DNA from: Chloroflexota bacterium
GTDB lineage: Bacteria; Chloroflexota; Dehalococcoidia; UBA2979
Assembly (NCBI GenBank): GCA_027593235.1
Contig: JAQCIU010000013.1
Span: 14,447 to 78,446 of the forward strand
Reading direction: 5' to 3'
Length of the DNA: 64,000 nt
Shown: positions 27,651-38,211 of the stretch, piece by piece
Layout: every line of letters begins with the position of its first letter
Position numbering within the stretch: position 1 is the first letter of the stretch
The notes under the pieces: generated by a model
What the model saw: only the letters and a program-made list of their open reading frames with translations
Database searches by the model: none
What the model was told of the DNA's origin: nothing
Program-made: the position numbers and the translations under genes

Positions 27651-29468
27651 GTGACCGTTCCTCCGCCACAGGAGACACCGCTCGTCGAGCAGGCTCCGTG
27701 GGAAGGCGCGATCAAGCGCCGGCCGCCAACCAACGGCGATGACGGGCCCGCGCCCTTTACCGGCACCGTCACGCACGGCTCAGCAGGTCGCCTGTGGCGC
27801 CTGATGCCCGATCCTGACCTCAGTGGCTTCGCGGACGCAGGAGCGGGGCTGCCGCCGCTCATGCGGCGTCTGCTCGCACGTCGTGGGGTACACAACGCCG
27901 AGGAAGCGCGCCGCTACCTCGGTAGTCCGGGGGAGCTGACCGATCCGCGGCTGATGCCCAACCTCGATGTGGCGGTGCTGCGTCTGGCCGCGGCGTGTCG
28001 TGCGGGCGAGACGGTGGCCGTGTTCGGCGACTTCGACGTGGATGGCGTGACCTCGACGACGATCCTGACGGAGGGGCTGCGCGAGCTTGGCGCGAAGCCG
28101 ATGCCGTACATCCCCGACCGGTTCCTCGAGGGCTACGGGCCGAACGTGAACGCGGTGCGACAGCTTGCCGACCGAGGCGCGACGCTCCTCGTGACGGCCG
28201 ACTGCGGTACCTCGTCGACGGTCGAGGTGGCCGAGGCGAACGGTCTGGGCATGGAGGTGATCGTGATCGATCACCACACCGTGCCGGATGAGCTGCCGGC
28301 GGCGCTGGCGCTCGTGAACCCGAAGCTCACCGATTCGCGGTACGGGTCGGAGCCGGCGGCGGTCGGGGTGGCCTACAAGGTCATTCACGATCTGTACGAC
28401 CACTTCGGGCGGGCGTACGACGCGGACTCCCACCGGGCGCTGGTCGCCCTGGGGACGGTCTGCGACCTCGCGCCGATGGTCGCGGAGAACCGCGATCTAG
28501 TGCGGCTTGGTCTGGAGGCGATCCGGACGACGACGCGGCCCGGTCTGCGCGCGCTCGCGAAGGTGTCGAACGTCGATCTCAGTACAGCGAACGTCGACAC
28601 GTTCGGGTGGGTGCTGGGGCCGCGGCTGAACGCGGCGGGACGGATGCTGCACGCTCAGGTCGCCCTCGATCTGATGCTGGCCGACAACGATTCGGACGCC
28701 GAGCGGCTGGCGAAGCAGCTCGACGAGCTGAACCGCGCGCGGCGGGATGACACGCAGGCGGCGATCACCGACGTGCACGACCGGCTGAGCGCGGCCGACC
28801 TCGAAGCGGCGCTGATCGTGGCCGCCTCGCCGGAGATCTCCTCGGGGATCATTGGCCTCGCGGCTTCGCGACTGGTCGAGCAGCACCACCGACCGGCGAT
28901 CGTGATGCAGACGGACGATCGGGAGGCACGAGGATCGTGTCGCTCGCTGCCCGCCTTCGACATCACGGCGCTGCTGCGGCGCCACGCCGACCTGTTCCTG
29001 CGATTCGGCGGCCACCGCGCGGCGGCCGGATTCACCCTCGACGTAGCGCGCGTCCCGGAGCTGAAGCAGCGCCTGATCGAGGACGCGACCAGCGCGATCG
29101 ATCCGCAGGATCTGCTGCCGGCATTCGAGGTCGAAGAGGAGTTGTCGCTGCAGGTGGTCGACCGGCGGCTGATCCAGTGGCTGGGCCTGCTCGGTCCCCA
29201 TGGGATCGGCAATCCGACGCCCGTCTTCCTGGCGCACAACGTCTCCGTCGTGAAGAGCCGTGGCGTCGGGCAGGGTGGCGAGCACCTCCAGCTCGTGCTG
29301 AAGGAGGGCGCCGTCACGTGGCGCGCGATCTCCTTCCGTAATGCCGCGGCCGCGGTTCCCGAGGGCGAATCGGCAGACCTGATCTACACCTTCCGCCGCG
29401 ACGATTTCCGCGGCGACGGCGCACTGCAACTGGAGGTTCTGGACCTCCGCCCGGCGATCGGCGCCTAG
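27651..29468 (+). CDS. recJ: ssDNA exonuclease RecJ (start uncertain)
   Basis: GDFDVDG, TADCG, IDHH, PRLNAAGR, GGHRAAAG. Confidence 0.94.
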   Translation: MTVPPPQETPLVEQAPWEGAIKRRPPTNGDDGPAPFTGTVTHGSAGRLWRLMPDPDLSGFADAGAGLPPLMRRLLARRGVHNAEEARRYLGSPGELTDPRLMPNLDVAVLRLAAACRAGETVAVFGDFDVDGVTSTTILTEGLRELGAKPMPYIPDRFLEGYGPNVNAVRQLADRGATLLVTADCGTSSTVEVAEANGLGMEVIVIDHHTVPDELPAALALVNPKLTDSRYGSEPAAVGVAYKVIHDLYDHFGRAYDADSHRALVALGTVCDLAPMVAENRDLVRLGLEAIRTTTRPGLRALAKVSNVDLSTANVDTFGWVLGPRLNAAGRMLHAQVALDLMLADNDSDAERLAKQLDELNRARRDDTQAAITDVHDRLSAADLEAALIVAASPEISSGIIGLAASRLVEQHHRPAIVMQTDDREARGSCRSLPAFDITALLRRHADLFLRFGGHRAAAGFTLDVARVPELKQRLIEDATSAIDPQDLLPAFEVEEELSLQVVDRRLIQWLGLLGPHGIGNPTPVFLAHNVSVVKSRGVGQGGEHLQLVLKEGAVTWRAISFRNAAAAVPEGESADLIYTFRRDDFRGDGALQLEVLDLRPAIGA

Positions 29469-29602
29469 CGCAGCGCCGTCCGAGGCCGCGCGAACGGCGG
29501 CTGCACCGCTGGCTCGAACGGCCGGCGATCCCTTCTCAGTATCACTAGCGTTGTCGGGCCTTCACTCCGCGCCGTACTATCCCCGCAGATGAGGGGGTAG
29601 CG

Positions 29603-31627
29603 ATGAAGTCTTACACGTCTGACCGTCTGCGTAACGTTGTCCTGATGGGCCACGGCGGAGCGGGAAAGACGACGTTGGCTGAATCGATGCTCTTCGCGGC
29701 TGGCGCGATTAGCCGCCTCGGTAGCGTGGACGACGGCACGACGGTCGCCGACTACGACGAGGACGAGCACCAGCATCACTACTCGATCTCCACGGCGCTG
29801 CTGGCGATCGAGTGGGATGAATGCCGGATCAACCTGCTGGACGCGCCCGGCTACGCCGATTTCGAGGGCGAGGTCGTCTCCGCCGTCCGCGCCGCCGATG
29901 CCGCGCTGATCGCGGTCGATGCCTCCGCCGGCGTCCAGGGCGGCACCGAACTAGCATGGCAACGCGCCGACGAGGCGGGCCTACCGCGGATCTGCGTCGT
30001 CACCCGACTCGACCGCGAGAACGCCAGTTTCGAGCGGGCGGTGGAGAGCCTCCGCGAGACCTACGGCAAGCGTGTGATCCCACTCGGACTCCCGGTCCGC
30101 GGCGCCGACGGCAAGCTCACCAGCTTCTTTGACCTGCGCACGCACGACACGCCGCCGGACGGCATCGTCGGTGACCTTGAGGCCGCGCGCGAAATGCTGG
30201 TCGAAGCGGTCGCCGAGACGGACGACGAACTGCTGGTGAAGTACCTGGACGGCGAAGAACTCACGCGCGAGGAGATCACCGTCGCGCTACATGACGCGAT
30301 CGAGAGTGGCGCGGTGGTGACCGTTGTCCCGGTCTGTGCGCCGCTCAGCGTCGGGGTCGAGGGTTTGCTCAACAACATCGTGAACCTCATGCCCTCGCCA
30401 CTTGGACGCGAGCACGCGCTCAGCGAGGGCACCGTGACGACGAGCGTGGACGGCCCGCTGGTGGTGCAGGTCTTCAAGACGCTGGCGGATCCGTTCGTCG
30501 GGCACCTCTCGCTGATGAAGGTGATCTCTGGTTCGCTTCCGGCGAGTCTCAGCCCGTACAACGTCCGTTCGCGCTCAACGGAGCGGCTTGGGCACCTCTT
30601 CCTGCAGCGGGGCAAGGAGCAGATCGCCGTCGACGAGCTCGTCACCGGCGACATCGGCGTGGTGGCAAAGCTGACCGACACGCACACCGGCGACACGCTG
30701 GTCGCCTCCGCCGATCACGCGGTGACGGTGGCTCCGCTGCCGTTCCCGCACCCCACGTACCGGACCGCTTTGCACCCCGCGAGCCAGGACGACGTGAACA
30801 AACTGGCTTCGGCGCTGCACCGGCTCCAGGAGCAGGATCCAACGATCAAGGTCGACCGTGACGCGGACACCGGTGAAACGATCATGCTGACCATCGGCGA
30901 CGCCCAGGTGGCGATCGCCTGCGCGCGCCTCGAGCGGGTCTACGGCGTCAAAGTGACCCCGGAGTTGCCACGCATTCCCTACCGCGAGACCGTCAGCGGC
31001 GTCGCGAAGGCGGAGTACAAGCACAAGAAGCAGAGCGGTGGGCACGGGCAGTACGGCCACGTGGTGATCGAGATCGCGCCGTTGACGCGCGGCATGGGCT
31101 TCGAGTTCGCGGAACAAGTCGTCGGCGGCAGCGTACCTCGGCAGTTCATCCCCGCGGTCGAGAAGGGCATCCACGAAACGCTGCCGCGCGGTCCGCTCGC
31201 GCAGTCACCGATCGTCGACGTGAAGGTGACGCTCCTCGATGGCTCGTCGCACGCGGTCGATTCGTCGGAGATGGCATTCAAGACCGCCGCCTCGCACGCG
31301 CTCCGCGACGGTCTGCTCGAGGCACAGCCGACGCTGCTGGAGCCGGTGATGCGGCTACGTGTCCACGTCCCCGGCCAGTACGTTGGCGATGTGATGAGCG
31401 ATATCAGCACCCGCCGCGGCCATGTCCACGGCGTCGAGGGCGAAGGTGCGTTTTCGATGATCGAGGCCGACGTTCCGCTCTCCGAGGTGCAGCGGTACGC
31501 CACGGAGCTGCGCGCGATCACGCACGGGCGCGGTCGCTTTGAGCTCGAGTTCGATCGTTACGTGGAGGTGCCGGCGCACGTCCAGGACTCGATCATCACG
31601 ACGCTGCGCGGCGGGAGCGCCAACTAG
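29603..31627 (+). CDS. Elongation factor G-like protein (EF-G2 type)
   Basis: GHGGAGKTT, DAPGYADF, KKQSGGHGQYG, DSSEMAF; divergent switch I and G4 (TRLD). Confidence 0.88.
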   Translation: MKSYTSDRLRNVVLMGHGGAGKTTLAESMLFAAGAISRLGSVDDGTTVADYDEDEHQHHYSISTALLAIEWDECRINLLDAPGYADFEGEVVSAVRAADAALIAVDASAGVQGGTELAWQRADEAGLPRICVVTRLDRENASFERAVESLRETYGKRVIPLGLPVRGADGKLTSFFDLRTHDTPPDGIVGDLEAAREMLVEAVAETDDELLVKYLDGEELTREEITVALHDAIESGAVVTVVPVCAPLSVGVEGLLNNIVNLMPSPLGREHALSEGTVTTSVDGPLVVQVFKTLADPFVGHLSLMKVISGSLPASLSPYNVRSRSTERLGHLFLQRGKEQIAVDELVTGDIGVVAKLTDTHTGDTLVASADHAVTVAPLPFPHPTYRTALHPASQDDVNKLASALHRLQEQDPTIKVDRDADTGETIMLTIGDAQVAIACARLERVYGVKVTPELPRIPYRETVSGVAKAEYKHKKQSGGHGQYGHVVIEIAPLTRGMGFEFAEQVVGGSVPRQFIPAVEKGIHETLPRGPLAQSPIVDVKVTLLDGSSHAVDSSEMAFKTAASHALRDGLLEAQPTLLEPVMRLRVHVPGQYVGDVMSDISTRRGHVHGVEGEGAFSMIEADVPLSEVQRYATELRAITHGRGRFELEFDRYVEVPAHVQDSIITTLRGGSAN

Positions 31628-31726
31628 CGGCGCAGCGCGGGCACGCGTGACGACGGCGAGGCGAGGTTGGCAGGGCTCGGGATTCGGAACAGGGTCGATC
31701 CGCCGCCTGAGCGGCAGGATCCGAGG

Positions 31727-32185
31727 CTAGTTCGTTTCGCGGGAGTTGGACGCCCAGAGCGTCTCGTACTGCTCGCCACTCACAGCACGCAGCAGTTCAC
31801 GCACCTCGAGGCTTCGCAACTCCCGCAGGCAGGCGTCGGCCATCTCCAGGAACTGGCAGGGATCCGAGGCGAGCCCCTGCACGCGGGAGATCACGTGCGT
31901 CCAGACGCCGAGCCGCGAGAGCGAGTCGACGCGGTGCGTCCAGGGAATCATCGAAATGGATTGGGGGCGGGGGAAGGTGGGACGGAGGCGGCGGAAGGAG
32001 CGATAGCGTTCGAGGCCGTCTTGCGCGATTGGGACGAGGGTGACCAGTGGGCCGGCATGGTCGTTCTGCCGCGTGTCGAGAATCAGCGTCTTACCGAGAA
32101 GCGGAAAATAGAGGGTGATGACGTCAGCTTCGTCGATATTTTGCACGACCCGATCCAGGTCGAGCTCGATTCCGCTGTCCAGCAT
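31727..32185 (-). CDS. Hypothetical protein
   Basis: 152 aa ORF with GGGGG RBS-like element, downstream of and co-oriented with tyrS. Confidence 0.7.
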   Translation of the reverse strand: MLDSGIELDLDRVVQNIDEADVITLYFPLLGKTLILDTRQNDHAGPLVTLVPIAQDGLERYRSFRRLRPTFPRPQSISMIPWTHRVDSLSRLGVWTHVISRVQGLASDPCQFLEMADACLRELRSLEVRELLRAVSGEQYETLWASNSRETN

Positions 32186-32209
32186 ATGGAAGCCCCCGCC
32201 TATCTCTAG

Positions 32210-33457
32210 CTAGTGTAACTGTCCGGCCTTGGTAAGTCGTAAAAAGCGGTGCCGTCCGACGCGAATTTCATCGCCCGGTTTCACCGGCAGCGTGAACTCA
32301 TCGACGCGTTCGCCGTTCACGGACACGGCACCCTGGCCAACGAGCCGGCGGACCTCGCCGTTGCTGCTGGCGAGGTCCGCGCCGGTGAGCACGTGGTGCA
32401 ACGGCTGTTCGCCATCGACCTCGTACTCCGGCATCTCCTCGGGAGTTTCCTGGCGCTGGATCGTGGCCTCGAAGTAGGCCTGCGCGTCGGCGGCGGTGCC
32501 GTCATCGGAGAAGACGGCGACGATCTCGCCGGCGAGCCGCTTCTTCGCCTCCATCGGCGGGAGCGTCCCGTCGTCGACGGCCTCGGCGATCTGGTGCACC
32601 GCGGCCGGGGTGAGCGGAGTCACCAGCGTGAAGAAGTCGAGGATCACCTCGTCGGGGAGCGACATCACCTTGCCGTACATGTCGTTCGGCGGCTCGTTGA
32701 TCCCGATCGAGTTCCCGGTCGACTTGGACATGCGCTGCGTGCCGTCCGTGCCAACGAGGATCGGCAGCGTGATCACAACCTGCGGCCGCTGCTCGTTGTC
32801 GCGCTGGAGCGTCCGTCCGGCCATGAGGTTGAAGAGCTGATCGCTGCCCCCAACCTGGACGTCGGTTTCGAGGACGACGGCGTCCTGGGCTTGCATGATC
32901 GCGTACATGAATTCGCTGAGGTAGATGGCGTCGTGGTTCTGCCAACGCTTGGCGAAGTTGTCCCGTTCGAGGAACTGGGCGACGGTGAACTTCGAGGTGA
33001 GGCCGACCACGTCGGCGAAGGTGAGCTTGCCCAGCCAGTCCGCGTTGTAGCGGACGGTGGTGCGTTCCGCGTCGAGGATCCGGAAGGCCTGATCGGCGTA
33101 GCTGCGACCGTTCTCAGCCAGGCGGTCGGCGGTGATCATCGGGCGGCCCTTGTCCTTGTCGGACGGATCGCCGACGAGGCCGGTGAAGTTGCCGATCAAG
33201 AACGTGACGTCGTGGCCGAAGTCCTGGAACTGGCGCAGCTTGCGCATCGGCAGGGTGTGGCCGAGGTGCAGGTCAACCGAGGTGGGGTCGAAGCCGGCGT
33301 AGACCTTAAGCGGGCGATCCTCTTCGAGGCGTTCGCGCAGCTCGGCTTCCATGGTGGTGTGGGTGCGGTCATCGCCGTACTCGACGCCGCCGAGGAGCAC
33401 CGAGAGCTGCTCTTCGACCGGAGCCATCTGGCGCGGCTTTGGTTTGCTGGGGGTCAT
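32210..33457 (-). CDS. tyrS: Tyrosine--tRNA ligase
   Basis: GFDPT..HLGH, GGSDQLFN, RMSKS, C-terminal S4 domain; ATGA overlap with ribF. Confidence 0.96.
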   Translation of the reverse strand: MTPSKPKPRQMAPVEEQLSVLLGGVEYGDDRTHTTMEAELRERLEEDRPLKVYAGFDPTSVDLHLGHTLPMRKLRQFQDFGHDVTFLIGNFTGLVGDPSDKDKGRPMITADRLAENGRSYADQAFRILDAERTTVRYNADWLGKLTFADVVGLTSKFTVAQFLERDNFAKRWQNHDAIYLSEFMYAIMQAQDAVVLETDVQVGGSDQLFNLMAGRTLQRDNEQRPQVVITLPILVGTDGTQRMSKSTGNSIGINEPPNDMYGKVMSLPDEVILDFFTLVTPLTPAAVHQIAEAVDDGTLPPMEAKKRLAGEIVAVFSDDGTAADAQAYFEATIQRQETPEEMPEYEVDGEQPLHHVLTGADLASSNGEVRRLVGQGAVSVNGERVDEFTLPVKPGDEIRVGRHRFLRLTKAGQLH

Positions 33458-34377
33458 GCGAACCACTCACGGGTGGCGACGAGGTCGCGATCGATCTGGG
33501 CGCGGAGCGCGTCGATGCCATCGAACTTCTGCTCGGAGCGGAGGCGGTGGAGGAGCTCGACGGTGACGACATCTCCGTAGAGATCGCCTTCGAAGTCGAG
33601 GAGGTGGGTCTCGACGAGACGCTTCGGCTCGCCCTCGAAGGTGGGGCGCACGCCGATGTTGGTGCAGGCGTGCAACTCGCGGTCGCCGACGTGGGCGCGG
33701 GTGACGTAGACGCCGTTGGGCGGGAGCCAACGGTCGGCGCTGACGCCGACGTTGAGCGTGGGGAAGCCGATCTGACGCCCGCGTTCGTCGCCATGGAGCA
33801 CGGGGCCACGGAGCAGGAAGGGATGGCCGAGCAGGTCGGAGACGGACTCCATCTCCCCGGCCGCCAGCGCCTCACGGACGCGGGTGCTGGAGACGCGGTC
33901 ATCACCATCGCCGAGGAGTGGGATCGGCAGCACCTCGAACCCGAGCTGCTCGCCGATCGCGGTCAGCACGGCGACGGTGCCCTCGCCGCCGCGTCCGAGG
34001 CGGAAGTCCTCGCCAACGACGAGGAGGCCCATCCGGGCCTCTTCGACGAGCAGGCGGCAGAAGTCGAGCGCGGAGACCTGTTGCAGCTCCGAGGTGAACT
34101 GGAGCACCGAGACGAAGTCCAGGCCGAGGCCGCGAAGCAGTTCGACGCGGCGTTCGAGTGATTCGAGGTAGCTGATCTTCACGTCCGGGCGGACGACGGT
34201 CAGCGGATGCGGGTGGAAGGTGACGACGCCGCCGCCGAGGCCGCGCGAGCGCGCTTCCTCCAGCATCCGGGCAATCAGCATCTGGTGGCCGCGGTGGACG
34301 CCGTCGAACACACCGATGGAGAGCGCGTGCGCTCCCGGTGTGACGCTCGCCTGGAGCTCTTGGCGGACCAGCAACAC
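33454..34377 (-). CDS. ribF: Riboflavin kinase / FAD synthetase
   Basis: GVFDGVHRGH, VSSTRVR, GRQIGFPTLN, ETHLLDF. Confidence 0.96.
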   Translation of the reverse strand: MLLVRQELQASVTPGAHALSIGVFDGVHRGHQMLIARMLEEARSRGLGGGVVTFHPHPLTVVRPDVKISYLESLERRVELLRGLGLDFVSVLQFTSELQQVSALDFCRLLVEEARMGLLVVGEDFRLGRGGEGTVAVLTAIGEQLGFEVLPIPLLGDGDDRVSSTRVREALAAGEMESVSDLLGHPFLLRGPVLHGDERGRQIGFPTLNVGVSADRWLPPNGVYVTRAHVGDRELHACTNIGVRPTFEGEPKRLVETHLLDFEGDLYGDVVTVELLHRLRSEQKFDGIDALRAQIDRDLVATREWFA

Positions 34378-34472
34378 CGGTGGCAGACCCTTTCGCAGTC
34401 GAACAATATACCCGCGTTCGAGAGTGGGAAGTGACGAAATCGTACCATCGCCGGCCCGCAGGGCAGAGCGGA

Positions 34473-35435
34473 TCAGACGCCGGTGAACTCCTCGGCAAGC
34501 TCACCGAGATCGGGGATCACGGCGCCCTCGATCTTCACGAGGTCGATATCACCGAAGCGCTCGGATTGCGTCGCTTCGAGGTAGCGCGACTTGATCAGTT
34601 CGAGGATCGCGAGGAAGTCGACGATCACGGTGACGCGTGAGGTCGCGTTTTCGACGAGGCGGCGGAAGCTGGTGCGCTGTTCGCGCTCCAGGAGATCAAC
34701 GATGCTGCGCAGTCGATCGCGGAGGCGGATGCGCTCCATGACGATCGTTCCGACCGGCTCCTCCTCGGGCAGCCGGTCCATCACTTCACGGAGCACCTCG
34801 ACGAGTGAGTCGAGGGTGACACGATCGAGGCCGGTTGGGAGCGTGACCTCGGGCGGCGCGACCTCGCGGCGATAGGTCTGGTGACCGGTGTCACGCTCGC
34901 GGAAGAACTCGGCGGCTTCCTTGAAGCGCCGGTACTCGCGCAGCGCCTTGACGAGGTCTTCGGGTTCGTCATCGTCGACCTCCGGATCCTCTTCTTCGAC
35001 CGGCAGCAGCGCGCGTGATTTGAGCAGGAGCAGGCGCGCGCCGATCGCCACGAAGTCCGCGAGCGCACCGAGGTTGATCTCCTCGGCGGCGCGCAGGTAG
35101 GCGAGGTATTGCTCCGTCACGCGCAACAGCGAGATCTCGGTGATGTCGAGTTCGTTGCGCTCGATCAGGTGGAGCAGCAGATCGAGCGGGCCCTCGAAAG
35201 CGCCGTCGAGCAGCGGGACGTTGAGCTGGAAGGCAGGCTCGACCGTGGTCTCGTCGTCCGGGTCGGGCGCAGCCACGGCAGCGGGATCCTCGGAGGCCGC
35301 GCCGTCGTCGATCGTGACCGCCTGGGCGGCGCTGTCCTCGATCGTGGGCGCCGGGGCGTCGCTGTCCTCGGTGGCGGCGACCGCGGCGGGAGCGTCGCGA
35401 TCGTCGGTGGCGGGCCCGGCGGGCTCGTTGGTCAT
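34473..35435 (-). CDS. scpA: Segregation and condensation protein A with acidic N-terminal extension
   Basis: FEGPLDLLLHLI, LLLKSRALLP, FLAILEL, FGDI. Confidence 0.92.
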   Translation of the reverse strand: MTNEPAGPATDDRDAPAAVAATEDSDAPAPTIEDSAAQAVTIDDGAASEDPAAVAAPDPDDETTVEPAFQLNVPLLDGAFEGPLDLLLHLIERNELDITEISLLRVTEQYLAYLRAAEEINLGALADFVAIGARLLLLKSRALLPVEEEDPEVDDDEPEDLVKALREYRRFKEAAEFFRERDTGHQTYRREVAPPEVTLPTGLDRVTLDSLVEVLREVMDRLPEEEPVGTIVMERIRLRDRLRSIVDLLEREQRTSFRRLVENATSRVTVIVDFLAILELIKSRYLEATQSERFGDIDLVKIEGAVIPDLGELAEEFTGV

Positions 35436-35830
35436 GAGGTGGTCCCGGTCGCGGCTTCCTGGCGCTCGATCAGATCGGCGCGCAAGCGGCGGGCGCCGCG
35501 CAGGTAGATGTGCTGCAACTCGGCGTTGGAGCGTTCGGTGTTCACGTGCATCAGGATCCGGACGCAGCGGCTCAGCGAGCCGGGGACGTTCATGTCGTGG
35601 AGGCATTGCAGGGCGACGTCGGTCCAGCCGTCCTCGCGAGCGGCAACGGCCGGGAACTCGGCGTTGAGATCGACGGTGGTGGTGAAAATGATCGAGGCGA
35701 CGTGATCGTGCTCGATCTGATTCGCCTCGACGATCGCCGATAGCAACTCGCGGGTCGCTTCGAGGATCTCCTCGCGAGAGTTGGATTCCACGGTGGTTGC
35801 ACCGCGGATGCCGCGGACCATCATCGTCAC
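35432..35830 (-). CDS. aroH: Chorismate mutase, AroH class (start may be 35824)
   Basis: VRGIRGATTV, FPAVAAR, RCVRIL, HIYLRGA..LR.DL. Confidence 0.93.
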   Translation of the reverse strand: MTMMVRGIRGATTVESNSREEILEATRELLSAIVEANQIEHDHVASIIFTTTVDLNAEFPAVAAREDGWTDVALQCLHDMNVPGSLSRCVRILMHVNTERSNAELQHIYLRGARRLRADLIERQEAATGTTS

Positions 35831-35846
35831 GTTGCGCGTCTCCCCG

Positions 35847-36671
35847 TTAGCCGTTGGCCGCGACGGGCGACCGTCCACTCATTCGTTCGCAAAAGGCACG
35901 CACCAACGCGGCGCGTTCGTCCCGGGGCGCATCGCGCACGAGGTTGACGAACGCGCTGCCGACGATCGCGCCATCCGCGATGCTCCCGACTTCCCGCACG
36001 TGCTCCGGCTCCGAGATGCCGAAGCCGACGGCGAGCGGCAGGTCCGTGTGGCGGCGCACCCGAGCGAGGAACTCCGCGAGACCTACAGCCATCTCCTGAC
36101 GCGCGCCAGTGACGCCCGCCAGGCTGACACAGTAGACGAAGCCGCCGGCGTGTTCGGCAACCACCTGGAGCCGCGCCTCGGTGGAGGTGGGGGCGACGAG
36201 GTAGATCACGGGGAGTCCGGCGGCGCGCGCCGGCCCTTCGACCTCGGCCGCCTCGTTCGGCGGCATATCGACGACGATCAGCCCATCGACGCCCGCGGCG
36301 ACGGCATCGCGCACGAAGGCGTCGCTCCCATAGGCGAGCAGCGGGTTGATGTAGCCCATCACGATGATCGGGATCTCGATGCCGCGCGCGCGTAGATCGC
36401 GCACCGTTGCGAAAACGGTGGAGGCGTTGACGCCCTGGAGCAGGGCCTCGTGGTAGGCCTGCTGGTTGGTAGCGCCATCGGCGAGCGGGTCGGAGAACGG
36501 GAGGCCGAGTTCGATCGCATCCGCGCCGCCGGCGATGGCGGCCTCGATAATCTCGGCGGTCGCATCGGCCTCGGGCCAACCGGCGGGCACGAACGGCATC
36601 AACGCGGGGCGGCCTTCGGCGCGCGTCCGGGCGAACATCTCGGCGATGCGATCGGGACGGTCAGCGGTCAA
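35847..36671 (-). CDS. trpA: Tryptophan synthase alpha chain
   Basis: IELGLPFSDPLADG, MGYINP, GVTGAR, VGFGI, DGAIVGSA; TTG start overlapping upstream stop. Confidence 0.95.
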   Translation of the reverse strand: MTADRPDRIAEMFARTRAEGRPALMPFVPAGWPEADATAEIIEAAIAGGADAIELGLPFSDPLADGATNQQAYHEALLQGVNASTVFATVRDLRARGIEIPIIVMGYINPLLAYGSDAFVRDAVAAGVDGLIVVDMPPNEAAEVEGPARAAGLPVIYLVAPTSTEARLQVVAEHAGGFVYCVSLAGVTGARQEMAVGLAEFLARVRRHTDLPLAVGFGISEPEHVREVGSIADGAIVGSAFVNLVRDAPRDERAALVRAFCERMSGRSPVAANG

Positions 36672-37429
36672 TTGAGGACCCCAATCACGGTCACGATAAG
36701 GCTCACGGTGTTGATGATGAAGTGCGCGGTGATGCTCACCCAGAGCGAACCGGATGCCTTGAAGGCCCATGCGAAGAGCATGCCGATGATGGTGAACGGC
36801 AACAATACGGCGAGATTGACGTGGAACGCACCGAACGCGAGGCCACTGACCGCAATCGCCGCCCAACTCGGCCAGACGCCGTCCAGTGCGCGAAAGAGCA
36901 ATCCGCGGAAGAAGATCTCTTCCGCGAGCGGCGCGACGGCGACGACCGCGACGCCGAAAATGACGAGCAACCCGACGAGCGGAAGGGTGTCGGAGCCCTC
37001 ATCGATCGGGATCGAATTGCCGCCCTCGAAGATGCCGGTATCGACACCCAGCTCGTGGAGCGCCTGGATGGCGATCCCGTAGCCGAGCAGCACGGAGTAC
37101 GACCCGGCGACGGCGATGCCGACAGGCGCCCAGCGATCAGGGCGCCGAAACCCGAGCTGGGCAAGGTTGATGTGGCGCCGCCGTGCCAGCATGAGGACGG
37201 ACAGCCCGAAGAAGACCTCGAACGCGATGGTGAAGATCGCGGCCGCGAAGTCCTGGCCGTCCCCTTTGAGATCGAGCGCGGTGACGAAGGCGACGAGGAG
37301 GGTGGAGATCAGCACGAACCCGGCGACCAGGATCCCCATTCCGATCAGCGGATCGCGCCCACGCCAACCGGCCTTGGGGACGACAGGGGGCGCACGAAAC
37401 GCAGTGGCGACCGGAGGTTCGGCGAACAT
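36668..37429 (-). CDS. CPBP (CAAX protease/Abi) intramembrane metalloprotease
   Basis: PLAEEIFFRG, FGAFH, AHFIIN; multiple TM helices. Confidence 0.9.
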   Translation of the reverse strand: MFAEPPVATAFRAPPVVPKAGWRGRDPLIGMGILVAGFVLISTLLVAFVTALDLKGDGQDFAAAIFTIAFEVFFGLSVLMLARRRHINLAQLGFRRPDRWAPVGIAVAGSYSVLLGYGIAIQALHELGVDTGIFEGGNSIPIDEGSDTLPLVGLLVIFGVAVVAVAPLAEEIFFRGLLFRALDGVWPSWAAIAVSGLAFGAFHVNLAVLLPFTIIGMLFAWAFKASGSLWVSITAHFIINTVSLIVTVIGVLN

Positions 37430-37499
37430 CGTCTGAGCGTATCAGCGAGTCCGGATGCGGGATCACGCGGCGAACACGACCGAGCGATACGTTGGCGCG

Positions 37500-38177
37500 A
37501 TGTCACAGCTCGTGTCGGTGGTGATCCCCGCGTTGAACGAAGCCATGGTGATCCGACGGGCGGTGCGGAGCGCGCTGGTTGCCGGCGCCTGCGAGGTCAT
37601 CGTGGCTGACGGCGGCTCGACCGACGGGACCGTCGCAGCGGCGATCGAGGCGGGGGCACGGGTGATCGCGGCACCTCGGGGGCGGGGGCCGCAGCTCAAT
37701 GCCGGCGCCGCCGCGCGCGGGGGCGACGTGCTGCTGTTCCTGCACGCGGACGCGCTGCTACCGGCGAACGCGGTTCAACAGATCGAAGTGGCGCTGGCCG
37801 ATCGAGGCGTGGTGGGTGGGAACTTCCGGATTCACTTCGGGACCGGCCGACACGCCCGATTCCTGGCAGCGTTCTACCACGTGATCCGCCAGCTCACTGT
37901 GTACTACGGCGACTCGGCGATCTGGGTGCGTCGGGAGCACTTCGCGGCGATCGGCGGGTTTCCGCCGTACCCGCTGATGGAGGACTTGAAGCTGGTGCAG
38001 CTCCTGCGGAAACGCGGGCGGATGGCGTACCTCGATGGTCCCGTGCACGCGTCGCCGCGGCGCTGGGAGCGTGGCGGGCTGCTGCGAACGTGGGCGAGCT
38101 GGGTAGTGATCCAGACGCTGTACTTCTGCAACGTCTCGCCGCCGCGGCTGGCGCGGCTGTACCGGCACATTCGATAA
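37500..38177 (+). CDS. GT2 glycosyltransferase, TIGR04283-like
   Basis: SVVIPALNE, DGGSTDGT, QLNAGA, FLHAD, YGDS, PLMEDL, SPRRW. Confidence 0.85.
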   Translation: MSQLVSVVIPALNEAMVIRRAVRSALVAGACEVIVADGGSTDGTVAAAIEAGARVIAAPRGRGPQLNAGAAARGGDVLLFLHADALLPANAVQQIEVALADRGVVGGNFRIHFGTGRHARFLAAFYHVIRQLTVYYGDSAIWVRREHFAAIGGFPPYPLMEDLKLVQLLRKRGRMAYLDGPVHASPRRWERGGLLRTWASWVVIQTLYFCNVSPPRLARLYRHIR

Positions 38178-38211
38178 CAACTCAGCGACGAAGCAGGACT
38201 AGGGTCGGCGG

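Noticed and set aside
33454-34470. T-box for tyrS or FMN riboswitch for ribF
   Set aside because: tyrS overlaps the ribF stop; the 95-nt region upstream of ribF has no matching motifs
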